Notes under the pieces: model-generated | Told to the model about the DNA's origin: nothing | The model's input: the letters and a program-made list of their open reading frames with translations, nothing else | Database searches by the model: none | Made by a program: the position numbers and the translations under genes | Shown: positions 9,462 through 18,442 of the stretch, in pieces | How positions within the stretch are numbered: the stretch's first letter is position 1 | Layout of the letters: each line of letters opens with the position of its first letter | Source of the DNA: Verrucomicrobiia bacterium | Lineage (GTDB): Bacteria; Verrucomicrobiota; Verrucomicrobiia; Palsa-1439 | Assembly: GCA_052146795.1 (NCBI GenBank) | Contig: JBKQMH010000175.1 | Coordinates: 885 to 64,884 of the forward strand | Reading direction: 5' to 3' | Length of the DNA stretch: 64,000 nt

Positions 9462-10532
9462 TTAGAGAATCACCATGTCGTCCCGATGAATCACCACACC
9501 CGTGGCGGACTTAATTTGGATGCTGCTAACCTTCGTCAGGCCGCGCGCAAATTCAACCTGATTTTTGTCGCGGATACTGACGAGGTCGCCTTCCTCGAAT
9601 TTCCCCTCTGAGGAGACTATCCCTTTGGCCAGCAAGCTCTTACCCTTGGCGCAGAGGGCCTCTTTCGCGCCGTCGTCGACGACCACCACACCGGCGGGCC
9701 GCTGGAAAAACGCAATCCAGCGCTTCCGACCCGCCAGCTTGTCCGTTCGCGGCAGGAAGATCGTCCCGACCTCGTCGCCAGCCAGGATGTCGCGGAGGAC
9801 GTTCGGGCGCTCGCCATTGGCGATGACGAGCGGGATGCCGGCGCGCGTCACGATCTTGGCGGAATCGATCTTGGACTTCATCCCGCCGACGCTGGTCGTG
9901 CGGTCCGTGCCACCCGCGAGGGATTCGATCTCGCGCGTGATTTCGGGCACGGCGGGAATGACGCGCCCTTCCCCGTCCAATAGCCCCTCGACATGCGAGA
10001 GGATGACCAGCAAATCCGCGTCGATAAGCGTGGCCGCCAACGCGCCGAGTCGGTCGTTATCGCCGAACTTGATTTCCTCGACCGCGACCGTGTCGTTTTC
10101 GTTGACGATGGGAACCGCGCCGTGTGCGAGGATCGTGGCCAGCGTGTTATGCGCGTTGAGGTGACGCGTGCGGTCCTTCAAATCGTCGTGGGTCAGCAGA
10201 ATTTGCGCGACGGTGATGCCGAACTTTCCGAACAACTCGTCGTACACGGCCATCAACTTGCTCTGGCCGATGGCTGCGGCGGCCTGGAGTTCGTCGAGCC
10301 GTTTCGGGCGTTGTTTCAGGCCGAGTTCGGCCATGCCCGCGCCGATTGCGCCCGAAGACACGATGATGATCTGCTTTTTCTGTTCGTGGAGCGCGGCGAT
10401 TTGCGCGACCAGCCCTTCGATCTGCCGCAACGAAAGATGGTTCTGCGCATCGGTCAACAAGCCCGTCCCGAGCTTGATGACGATGCGATTCACCTTCGCG
10501 AGTATTTCGTGGCGGAGTTTCATGAAAGCCAT
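9462..10532 (-). CDS. proB: Glutamate 5-kinase
   Basis: 356 aa. Amino-acid kinase domain (IVIKLGTGLL...) plus C-terminal PUA domain. Immediately upstream of proA. Confidence 0.93.
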   Translation of the reverse strand: MAFMKLRHEILAKVNRIVIKLGTGLLTDAQNHLSLRQIEGLVAQIAALHEQKKQIIIVSSGAIGAGMAELGLKQRPKRLDELQAAAAIGQSKLMAVYDELFGKFGITVAQILLTHDDLKDRTRHLNAHNTLATILAHGAVPIVNENDTVAVEEIKFGDNDRLGALAATLIDADLLVILSHVEGLLDGEGRVIPAVPEITREIESLAGGTDRTTSVGGMKSKIDSAKIVTRAGIPLVIANGERPNVLRDILAGDEVGTIFLPRTDKLAGRKRWIAFFQRPAGVVVVDDGAKEALCAKGKSLLAKGIVSSEGKFEEGDLVSIRDKNQVEFARGLTKVSSIQIKSATGVVIHRDDMVIL

Positions 10533-10643
10533 AATTGATTACCAAACCCGGGCGGGTGTGTCGAGAAGCGAACAGGCCGCCGCGACGCTAGTCAGTCCCC
10601 TTCCCATTTTGCCTTTCATCCTGCGCGGGAAGAGGTTGCAATC

Positions 10644-10668
10644 TTGATATCGCAAATTGCGATATCAA
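10644..10668. promoter_or_regulatory. Perfect 25-bp palindrome TTGATATCGCAA-A-TTGCGATATCAA about 110 bp upstream of proB start; candidate operator
   Basis: Read directly from sequence. 12-bp arms with perfect dyad symmetry. No following T-tract, so an operator is more likely than a terminator. Confidence 0.5.
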
Positions 10669-10737
10669 AGAAAGGACGCGGCAGTCGGCGGAGATTGCCG
10701 CGGGCCCCCCGTCCGACAAAAGGCTTGGTCGAGCTCC

Positions 10738-11328
10738 CTATGCTGTCAGTTGCTGGTCTTGCTCCAGTTGCTTCAGATAACACTCAAGGTTGCCTGCGAT
10801 CTTCTCAAACACCCTGGGCAAGTACCCAGCCAGTTCGCGCATGTCTGGTTTGTCATTGCTAGGACCGCCATGGTAACGGCGCATGTGCGCCAGAACATGT
10901 TGCTTCTCGTCGTTACCAAGTCTCTCAAACGGGTTCTGCGTAAAGTGATTGTGGAAATCGGACAGGTGAACAAACGCACACCCAAAGCGATAGACGGACT
11001 GTGTCCAACCTTGAAGCTGCTGAGCAAGATCCACCATCTCGCGGTCAGTCACAAGCCGGTGCTTCCCTTTGGTCGCGCGAACCTTCCATTTCTTCCCTCG
11101 TAAGGTTGCGTTGATCAATCTTCTTCGTTCGGCGATGTCGTTGATCTTTAGCAAGAATATGACCCGAACCATCGAGTCCAGTTCCTGCCGGAGAATCGAG
11201 AATGCAGGGCTCATTGCCTCGTGAGGCCGCGTGAAGCAACCCATCGCTCGACGGTTCTCAGCCGACCGATTACGGATCATGGCGCAGAAGGTGTTTGTGT
11301 CAGTATCCATGCTTAGCCTCTCGGTCAC
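10738..11328 (-). CDS. Hypothetical protein co-operonic with ParE/antitoxin pair (lower-GC islet)
   Basis: 196 aa. Start overlaps ParE stop by 4 nt. Local GC about 50% against about 62% in flanks. No recognisable family. Confidence 0.45.
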   Translation of the reverse strand: MTERLSMDTDTNTFCAMIRNRSAENRRAMGCFTRPHEAMSPAFSILRQELDSMVRVIFLLKINDIAERRRLINATLRGKKWKVRATKGKHRLVTDREMVDLAQQLQGWTQSVYRFGCAFVHLSDFHNHFTQNPFERLGNDEKQHVLAHMRRYHGGPSNDKPDMRELAGYLPRVFEKIAGNLECYLKQLEQDQQLTA

Positions 11329-11630
11329 TTCGATTCGCTACGCCGCTTCCAGTAATCCGGACGTCTCTTGGCATGGGCGATGGCGGCAATCCAAATGGCG
11401 TTGGGCCGTTCCATGTAGAAGATCGAGTACGGGAAGCGTTCCACCAGATACTTCCGAAATCGCGGGTCGGCATGGGGTGGCCACGCTAGCGGACTCTGTT
11501 GAATCTTCTGGAACGCCTGCTCGATGCTGACGAGGAAATCCAATCCCAGTCCCGGCACTTGGGATTCGTACCAAGCAATTGCGCCATCCAACTCGGCTTT
11601 CGCCTGTGGATGGACAACGAGGGGTTTCAC
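11325..11630 (-). CDS. parE: Type II toxin, ParE/RelE family
   Basis: 101 aa. KAELDGAIAWY...FRKYLVERFPYSIFYMERPNAIWIAAIAHAKRRPDYW matches ParE/RelE plasmid-stabilisation toxins. Overlaps upstream antitoxin by 4 nt. Confidence 0.75.
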   Translation of the reverse strand: MKPLVVHPQAKAELDGAIAWYESQVPGLGLDFLVSIEQAFQKIQQSPLAWPPHADPRFRKYLVERFPYSIFYMERPNAIWIAAIAHAKRRPDYWKRRSESK

Positions 11631-11857
11631 GAGTATTTGGCGCGCATTTCCCGCAGGAGTTTTTCCGCCGGCTCGCCGGTGACACGACCGCTTTGGATTT
11701 CTTCGGCTCGCCGCTTCAACTCCTCGTCCCAGGCCACGGCAACGCCCTGTTCTTCATCGCCATCGAGCGATTCGATGAGAAACCGAACGAGTTCCGCGCG
11801 GTCTTGAGGCGTGAGGCCTGCCAATTCCGATTTCATGCGCTCCGCTTTTGCCGTCAT
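11627..11857 (-). CDS. Putative addiction-module antitoxin (TIGR02574-like component)
   Basis: 76 aa, acidic. LTPQDRAELVRFLIESLDGDEE...WDEELKRRAEEIQSG pattern typical of ParE-partner antitoxins. Confidence 0.65.
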   Translation of the reverse strand: MTAKAERMKSELAGLTPQDRAELVRFLIESLDGDEEQGVAVAWDEELKRRAEEIQSGRVTGEPAEKLLREMRAKYS

Positions 11858-12025
11858 GCCAGTAGTTTGGCCTGTTTCGCGGTTTCCGTCAACTGTACGC
11901 TGCAGGCCGAGGCTTCCCTTCCCCTTTTCCGCCGGGCGTTGCTGCAGTTGTCGGATAAATTACTCTATCTGGCATGGATAAACGGGCTGGATTTGGTGGG
12001 GCATTTGTGGTAGGGTCGGCGCGTT

Positions 12026-12125
12026 ATGGAAGATGGGGATCGGAGATGGATGATGGTCAATGGAAAATGGCTGATGGGGTCGGCGATGGTTAATGGGGAA
12101 TGGCTGGGGATGCGGCCACTGTGGG
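12026..12125. repeat. Heptad-like tandem array of about 10 (A/G)ATGGNN units
   Basis: gttATGGaagATGGggatcggagATGGatgATGGtcaATGGaaaATGGctgATGGggtcggcgATGGttaATGGggaATGGct. ATGG recurs every 6-12 nt. In the 700-bp divergent intergenic region between the TA operon and ppdK. A G8 tract follows at 12250-12257. Confidence 0.6.
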
Positions 12126-12564
12126 CCACGAATGTCACGAATCGGACACGAATACCGCGAAGCACGGCGACGGAGCGCCGTCGCTACAGTACGACGGCAT
12201 GCGGTGCGGTGGACAGGGCTACGGCTGCACGGCAGGGTCAGGGCAAACAGGGGGGGGAAGAGCCCCGAAGGGGTAAAATTACCAAACGAACCCAATTTTA
12301 ATCAAGCCGGCGTGGAAAACTGTGAAGCGGAAAGCCAAAAACGAAGCCAAGTTCCAGGGGTGGCAAAGCCTGTTTTGGAGCTCTGGAAGGGTCAAAATGA
12401 GCCGGGTTCGTCGCTGCCATGGCTGGCTACGGACGCCGGGCGAATGGACATTGACAGGGGGGGCATGTTTGATAGAGTGCGTCAGGCGTTTCCCCCGTGA
12501 TTTAAGAAGTTGATTCCTGCCTCTGATCAGGCAGTACAAACTCAGATAGAGGACGTTCAAAAAC

Positions 12565-15333
12565 ATGGCTACGAAATCAAAAAGCACTAGTAAGAAGTCG
12601 GCGAAGTACGTCTATTCCTTTGGTGGCGGCAAGGCGGACGGCAATGGCGGACAGAAGCCGTTGCTGGGCGGCAAAGGCGCGAACCTGCATGAGATGACGC
12701 GGATCGGGTTGCCGGTGCCCCCGGGATTCACGATCACGACGGAAGTCTGCACCTACTACTACGCGAACAAGAAGACGTACCCGAAGGTATTGACCGAGCA
12801 GGTGAACGTGGCGCTCGCGAAGCTCGAAGCGGTTACGGGAAAGAAGTTCGGCGACCGGCAGAACCCGCTGCTGGTGTCCGTGCGTTCGGGCGCGCGGGAA
12901 TCGATGCCCGGGATGATGGACACGATTTTGAACCTCGGGTTGAACGACGAGACGGTGGAAGTGCTCGCCAAGAAATCGGGTAACGCGCGCTGGGCGTGGG
13001 ATTGTTATCGCCGGTTCGTGCAGATGTACGGCGATGTCGTTATGGGCGTGCAGAAGGTCGGCAAGGACGACCACGAGCCGTTTGACGAGGTGATGGACCA
13101 TCTCAAGGAAGAAGCCGGTGTCAAGGAAGACACCGAACTCAGCGCGAAAGAATTGCACGTACTCGTCGACCGCTTCAAGGAACTGATCCAGAAGCGCACG
13201 GGCAAGGAATTCCCACAGGAGCCGGTCAAACAACTCTGGGGCGCTGTCGGCGCGGTGTTTGGTTCGTGGATGAACGATCGGGCGATCGTGTATCGCCGCA
13301 AATACCACATCCCGCACGAGTGGGGCACGGCGGTCAGCGTCCAGACGATGGTGTTCGGCAATCTTGGCGACACCAGCGCGACGGGCGTGGCATTCACGCG
13401 CGACCCGGCCACGGGCGAGAAGGTGTTCTATGGCGAATACCTGATCAACGCGCAGGGCGAAGACGTCGTCGCCGGGACGCGGACGCCGCAGCCGATTGCC
13501 AAGTTGAAACAGGAGATGCCCAAGGCGCACGCCGAACTCGTCACCGTCTGCAAGACGCTCGAGAGCCGGTTCAAGGACATGCAGGATTTCGAGTTCACCG
13601 TCGAGGACAACAAGCTGTACATGCTCCAGACCCGCAACGGCAAACGCACGGGTCTCGCGGCGGTGCGTATCGCGGTCGAGATGGTCGAGGAAAAACTGAT
13701 CGACTGGAAGGAAGCGGTCGGCCGCGTGCCCGCTGATTCATTGACACAGGTGCTCGCGCCGATTTTTGACCGCAAAGATCGCGATGCCGCCGTGAAGGGC
13801 GGACGGTTCCTTTGTAAAGGTCTCGCGGCCGGTCCCGGCGCGGCTTCGGGCCGGGTGGTGTTCAATGCCGAAGACGCCGTGGCACGCGCGCAGAAGGGCG
13901 AACACGTGTTGCTCTGCCGCGTGGAAACGAGCCCCGAAGATTTGCGCGGGATGATTGCCGCGGACGGCATACTTACGGCGCGCGGCGGCGTATCGTCGCA
14001 CGCGGCGCTGGTCGCCCGTCAAATGGGCAAGATCTGCGTGTGCGGCGCGGCGGAGATTGTGATCGACTACGGCACGAGGGTCATGAAGGTCGCCGGTCAC
14101 ACGATCAAGGAAGGCGATTTCATCTCCATCGACGGCACGCTCGGCGAGGTGTATGAGGGCGAACTAAAGACCGCGCCCAGCGAGGTCGTGCAGGTGTTGA
14201 TCGCCAAGACGCTCGATCCGAAGCAGGCCCCGACATTTCAGCGGTTCGAGAAGCTGATGAAGTGGGCGGACAAGATTCGCCGGCTCGGCATCCGCACCAA
14301 CGCCGACCAGCCCGACCAGGCGGCCAATGCCATAGCGTTCGGCGCGACGGGTATTGGGTTGTGCCGGACGGAGCACATGTTCTTCGAGGGCGACCGCATC
14401 TACGCGATGCGCGAGATGATTATTGCCGAGACGAAGGAAGCGCGGGAAGCGGCGTTGAAGAAGTTGTTGCCGCTGCAACGCGATGATTTTGCCGGCATCT
14501 TCCGCGCGATGAAGGGCTATCCGGTGACCATCCGCACGCTCGATCCGCCGTTGCATGAGTTCCTGCCGCACGATGAAGAGACGCAGCGCGAGACGGCGCA
14601 CAAACTGGGGATCAGCCCCGAGAAGGTTGCTGAGCGCGTGGCGGCGTTGCACGAAGCGAACCCGATGCTCGGCCATCGCGGTTGCCGCTTGGGCATCACC
14701 TACCCCGAGATCACCGAGATGCAGACCCGCGCCATTATTGAGGCGGCCATCGAGGTGCGCAAGGAGGGCATTCCCGTGAAACCCGAGATCATGATTGTGC
14801 TCGTCGGGTTCCCGAAGGAACTGCAGAACCAGTTGGAGATCGTCAATGCCACAGCCAAGAAGGTCATGGAAGAGAAGAAGACCCGGATCGATTATCTGGT
14901 CGGCACCATGATCGAGATCCCGCGCGGCGCGCTGTGCGCCGATGAGATCGCGAAGGACGCGCAGTTCTTCAGCTTCGGCACTAACGATCTCACCCAGACG
15001 ACGCTCGGCATGAGCCGCGACGACAGCGGTTCGTTCCTGCCGCAGTATCAGGAACTGGAAATCATCAAGCGCAACCCGTTTGAGGCAATTGACCAGGCGG
15101 GCGTCGGCCAGCTGATGCAGATCGCGATTGAAAAAGGCCGCAAGACGCGTCCCGATATCAAGCTGGGCATCTGCGGCGAGCATGGCGGCGAGCCGTCGTC
15201 GGTGGAGTTCTGCCACCGTATCGGGCTGACGTATGTGAGCTGCAGTCCATTCCGCGTACCCGTGGCAAGACTTGCCGCGGCGCAGGCAGCGCTGAAGGAA
15301 GAAAAGGCCGGTAAGTCGCGAGAGATCAGCTAA
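12565..15333 (+). CDS. ppdK: Pyruvate, phosphate dikinase
   Basis: 922 aa, full-length PPDK. N-terminal [31 protein letters not shown], central phosphohistidine domain and C-terminal PEP-utilising domain. Confidence 0.95.
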   Translation: MATKSKSTSKKSAKYVYSFGGGKADGNGGQKPLLGGKGANLHEMTRIGLPVPPGFTITTEVCTYYYANKKTYPKVLTEQVNVALAKLEAVTGKKFGDRQNPLLVSVRSGARESMPGMMDTILNLGLNDETVEVLAKKSGNARWAWDCYRRFVQMYGDVVMGVQKVGKDDHEPFDEVMDHLKEEAGVKEDTELSAKELHVLVDRFKELIQKRTGKEFPQEPVKQLWGAVGAVFGSWMNDRAIVYRRKYHIPHEWGTAVSVQTMVFGNLGDTSATGVAFTRDPATGEKVFYGEYLINAQGEDVVAGTRTPQPIAKLKQEMPKAHAELVTVCKTLESRFKDMQDFEFTVEDNKLYMLQTRNGKRTGLAAVRIAVEMVEEKLIDWKEAVGRVPADSLTQVLAPIFDRKDRDAAVKGGRFLCKGLAAGPGAASGRVVFNAEDAVARAQKGEHVLLCRVETSPEDLRGMIAADGILTARGGVSSHAALVARQMGKICVCGAAEIVIDYGTRVMKVAGHTIKEGDFISIDGTLGEVYEGELKTAPSEVVQVLIAKTLDPKQAPTFQRFEKLMKWADKIRRLGIRTNADQPDQAANAIAFGATGIGLCRTEHMFFEGDRIYAMREMIIAETKEAREAALKKLLPLQRDDFAGIFRAMKGYPVTIRTLDPPLHEFLPHDEETQRETAHKLGISPEKVAERVAALHEANPMLGHRGCRLGITYPEITEMQTRAIIEAAIEVRKEGIPVKPEIMIVLVGFPKELQNQLEIVNATAKKVMEEKKTRIDYLVGTMIEIPRGALCADEIAKDAQFFSFGTNDLTQTTLGMSRDDSGSFLPQYQELEIIKRNPFEAIDQAGVGQLMQIAIEKGRKTRPDIKLGICGEHGGEPSSVEFCHRIGLTYVSCSPFRVPVARLAAAQAALKEEKAGKSREIS

Positions 15334-15362
15334 ACGACTCGAAATCCGCCGAATTACTGCAG

Positions 15363-15395
15363 GGCCGGGGCCATCCCCGGCCTTGTTGTTTTTTG
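15363..15395 (+). terminator. Rho-independent terminator after ppdK
   Basis: GGCCGGGG-ccat-CCCCGGCC hairpin followed by TTGTTGTTTTTT, 30 nt after the ppdK stop. Confidence 0.6.
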
Positions 15396-15560
15396 GCGCA
15401 GGTGTTGCTCTGAACCAAATGGCGGCGCGGTGCATCTAATTAACAGAATGGGTGAACGCGGTGGCAATCCGGTTTGAAAGTGCTTGCGTAACATGAAGTG
15501 AGGGCATAGCCTGCGCTAAAGGCCGACGAGTTCGGTCCTCGGGCTCAGCGTGAGAACAAC

Positions 15561-16415
15561 ATGGTGATTGATCACAACCGAGAGGGCGAGAACGGGATCA
15601 AGATCTATCTGCGCGAGATCGGGCAGATCGCTCTGTTGACTCCGAAGGACGAAATCCGTCTCGCGGCGCGCATCAAGAAGGGTGACAAGGCGGCCCGCGC
15701 CCAGATGATCAAGGCGAACCTGCGCCTCGTGGTCAAGATCGCCCACGATTATTCCAATTTCGGGCTGCCGTTGCTCGACCTCATCAGTGAGGGCAACATT
15801 GGCTTGATGAAGGCCGTGGAGCGCTTCGATCCCAAGAAGGGCGGAAAGCTTTCGACCTACGCCGCGTGGTGGATCAAACAATCCATCAAACGCGCGCTGG
15901 CCAATCAGGCCAAGACGATTCGTCTTCCCGTCCATCTCGTTGACAAGATCAGCAAGATGAAGCGGGCCGGCCACAAGCTCAGCGAACAACTGGGGCGCGA
16001 ACCGACCGATCAGGAATTGGCCGACGTGCTTGGCGTCACCCGGGCCAAGGTCGCGCAGCTCCGCACGATCAGCGTTCGGCCGGCCAGCCTTGACGCGCCC
16101 ATTGGCGACGACGACGCGACCGAATTCAGCGAAATCGTCGGCGACGAAGCCGCACTGACTCCGTTTGAATTGCTGCGCGACAAGACGCTACGGCAGGAAG
16201 TGCGCGACATCCTGGAAGAACTCGACCCGCGTGAGGCGGAGATTCTGACCTTGCGTTTCGGTCTGGACGGCAGCAAGCCGAAGACACTCGAGGAAGTCGG
16301 CCGGAAATTCAAGGTGACGAGAGAACGCGTCCGCCAGATCCAGAATATTGCGTTGACCAAGCTCCGTCATGTCATGGAGAAGCAGGATCGTCCGCAGGCG
16401 GTTTCCCGGAACTAG
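15561..16415 (+). CDS. RNA polymerase sigma factor, sigma-70 family (regions 1.2-4; RpoD/RpoS-like, lacks long region 1.1)
   Basis: 284 aa. Region 2 (DLISEGNIGLMKAVERFDPKKGGKLSTYAAWWIKQSI), region 3 and region 4 (LTLRFGLDG...TLEEVGRKFKVTRERVRQIQ) conserved. Confidence 0.85.
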   Translation: MVIDHNREGENGIKIYLREIGQIALLTPKDEIRLAARIKKGDKAARAQMIKANLRLVVKIAHDYSNFGLPLLDLISEGNIGLMKAVERFDPKKGGKLSTYAAWWIKQSIKRALANQAKTIRLPVHLVDKISKMKRAGHKLSEQLGREPTDQELADVLGVTRAKVAQLRTISVRPASLDAPIGDDDATEFSEIVGDEAALTPFELLRDKTLRQEVRDILEELDPREAEILTLRFGLDGSKPKTLEEVGRKFKVTRERVRQIQNIALTKLRHVMEKQDRPQAVSRN

Positions 16416-16493
16416 CCCGCGCATCATATTCGGGCTTCCCTTCCGTTGTTGAATTCGCTACAAACACGCTCGCCGTCCATTGGGCCATCTATC

Positions 16494-17012
16494 ATGTACG
16501 ACGAATTGAAAGCGGCTGTCCGTGATGTGCCGGATTTTCCGATCAAGGGAATCCTGTTCAAGGACATCACCCCGATTCTGCAGGACGGACGGCTCTTTCG
16601 AATCGCCATCGACGCCTTCGCTGACCGGCACCGGGGCAAGAAGATCGACGCGGTGGTTGGCGTCGACGCGCGCGGATTTATTTTCGCGGGCGCCGTGGCA
16701 TACAAGCTCGGCGTCGGATTCGTTCCCGTGCGCAAGAAGGGCAAGCTTCCCTACAAGACGGTTGTGACAAGCTATACACTCGAATACGGCAACGAGACCA
16801 GCGAGATGCATGTCGACGCCATCAAGAAAGGCGGCAACGTCGTCATTGTGGACGACCTGCTCGCCACTGGCGGGACGGCGATGGCCGCGGCCACGCTGGT
16901 CAGGCAACTCGGGGGTAATATCACCGAGATTGATTTCTTGATCGAACTCAGTTTTCTCAAAGGCCGGGAGCGCCTCAAGGACCTTCCCGTTTTCGCTGCC
17001 ATCGCGTATTGA
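16494..17012 (+). CDS. apt: Adenine phosphoribosyltransferase
   Basis: Start MYDELKAAVRDVPDFPIKGILFKDITP. PRPP-binding motif VVIVDDLLATGGT. ORF track start 16446 is probably too far upstream. Confidence 0.9.
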   Translation: MYDELKAAVRDVPDFPIKGILFKDITPILQDGRLFRIAIDAFADRHRGKKIDAVVGVDARGFIFAGAVAYKLGVGFVPVRKKGKLPYKTVVTSYTLEYGNETSEMHVDAIKKGGNVVIVDDLLATGGTAMAAATLVRQLGGNITEIDFLIELSFLKGRERLKDLPVFAAIAY

Positions 17013-17055
17013 CGTTGCTTCGTCGGCGAAGATCGTGCCGGCCAGCAGACGTCGC

Positions 17056-17460
17056 TTATAACGAAGATACCGACTTCAGCCAGCGAATGTCTTCGGTGTG
17101 GAGTTGACAAACCAGCGACAGCGCCGCGCGGTAAGGCTTCAACTCCGTCTCATCAATCACGGTATCCACCGCAGCCACAATGTGTTCTTGGGCAGATTCG
17201 GCCATGTTCAGGCTGTCGGCCAGCGATTCGTCGGAAAGCTTCAGCGAGAAGCGTGGACTCGGGATGTCCGTCGGGCCGCCGCCCAGGCCGCGCACGACGT
17301 TGGCGAGGCTGACACAATTGATACTGCAATCCTTGCGCACCCGCTTGATGACTTCGACCTTGCCGGGATCGTCACACAGCGACTGGGCGCGGCGCAGGGT
17401 GCGAACGCAGGCCCATTCGTCGGCCAAAATCTCATTCAGTTTGGCAACAATCTCAGCCAT
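17056..17460 (-). CDS. Hypothetical helical protein (possible ferritin-like four-helix bundle)
   Basis: 134 aa, predicted all-helical. No confident family. Confidence 0.35.
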   Translation of the reverse strand: MAEIVAKLNEILADEWACVRTLRRAQSLCDDPGKVEVIKRVRKDCSINCVSLANVVRGLGGGPTDIPSPRFSLKLSDESLADSLNMAESAQEHIVAAVDTVIDETELKPYRAALSLVCQLHTEDIRWLKSVSSL

Positions 17461-18013
17461 GTTTCTGGCGATACAGGCTCAACCAATACAACCCGCCGAT
17501 CACAATCCCGTGGGTGATTTCGCCCTTCTCGATCAAGCGCGGCACTTCCACCAGCGGAACCAGTTTCACTTGGATGTCTTCGGCGTGGTCGAGGTTTGGC
17601 TCGGCGACTTTACGGCAGTTCTTCGCGAGGAGATAGTGCTGGACATTGGTTTGAATTGCCGGGTTGGGATGCACCGTCCCCAACCGGACGACCTCACTCG
17701 TATCGTAGCCGGTTTCCTCCAACAGTTCGCGTCGAGCACTCTGTTCCGGCGTCTCGCCTTTCTCCATCAAGCCGCCCGGCGTTTCGAGGTGGATCGAGCG
17801 CGTGCCGTGACGCCATTGCTCGACCATAATGACCTGTTCGTCCACCGTCAGCGGAATGACGTTAACCCAATTGGGCTGTTCGAGAACGAACAACTCATGG
17901 GGCTGGCCGGTCCGCGGGTTCACACTTACGTCCCTCCGCACCCTGAAAATGCGGCAGTCAATCAGCTTCTCGGAAGATTGAACGCGCCAAGGTTGTGGAC
18001 GGCTACGGGTCAC
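17453..18013 (-). CDS. NUDIX hydrolase (ADP-ribose pyrophosphatase-like)
   Basis: 186 aa. Nudix box GGLMEKGETPEQSARRELLEETG. Confidence 0.8.
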   Translation of the reverse strand: MTRSRPQPWRVQSSEKLIDCRIFRVRRDVSVNPRTGQPHELFVLEQPNWVNVIPLTVDEQVIMVEQWRHGTRSIHLETPGGLMEKGETPEQSARRELLEETGYDTSEVVRLGTVHPNPAIQTNVQHYLLAKNCRKVAEPNLDHAEDIQVKLVPLVEVPRLIEKGEITHGIVIGGLYWLSLYRQKHG

Positions 18014-18432
18014 TTCTTTGCCGCTATTTTGGTGACATTCCGCAATTCGTCGCGGAATTGGTCCGCGGGGACAAACCCAACCATCTCCGACAGCTTCTTC
18101 CCGTTGGAATCGAAGAAGATAATATGCGGAATCGCTTCTGTATTGAGCTGGATCGCCAGGTCGCGGTTTTCCTTGCTCCCTTCGATGTTCACTTTTACGG
18201 CGACAAAATCCTTGGACAGTGCGGCTTGGACATCGGCGTTGCTAAACGTGAGCCGGTCCAGCATCTTGCAGGGACCGCACCAGTCAGCGTACAAATCCAT
18301 CATCACGAGCTTTTTTTCCTTCCCCGCCCGCTCGAGCGCAGACTTGTAATCTTGGGCCCAATCAACCGCCGCATACGCGCATACTCCCAAGGCCAGGAAG
18401 CCCACTGAAATGATTGAGACGAATCGTTTCAT
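18010..18432 (-). CDS. Secreted thioredoxin-family protein
   Basis: 140 aa. N-terminal signal peptide. WCGPC active site (YADWCGPCKMLD). ATGA overlap with NUDIX gene. Confidence 0.8.
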   Translation of the reverse strand: MKRFVSIISVGFLALGVCAYAAVDWAQDYKSALERAGKEKKLVMMDLYADWCGPCKMLDRLTFSNADVQAALSKDFVAVKVNIEGSKENRDLAIQLNTEAIPHIIFFDSNGKKLSEMVGFVPADQFRDELRNVTKIAAKK

Positions 18433-18442
18433 AAACTTCTCT

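Noticed and set aside
8201-9514. 437-aa plus-strand ORF and the 7378-8258 ORFs in both strands
   Set aside because: Overlap proA and the GSP-synthase-like gene in antisense or alternate frames. Low-complexity R/A/G-rich translations.
14164-15435. 423-aa minus-strand ORF (and 12577-13530 minus ORF)
   Set aside because: Antisense to ppdK. Shadow frames.
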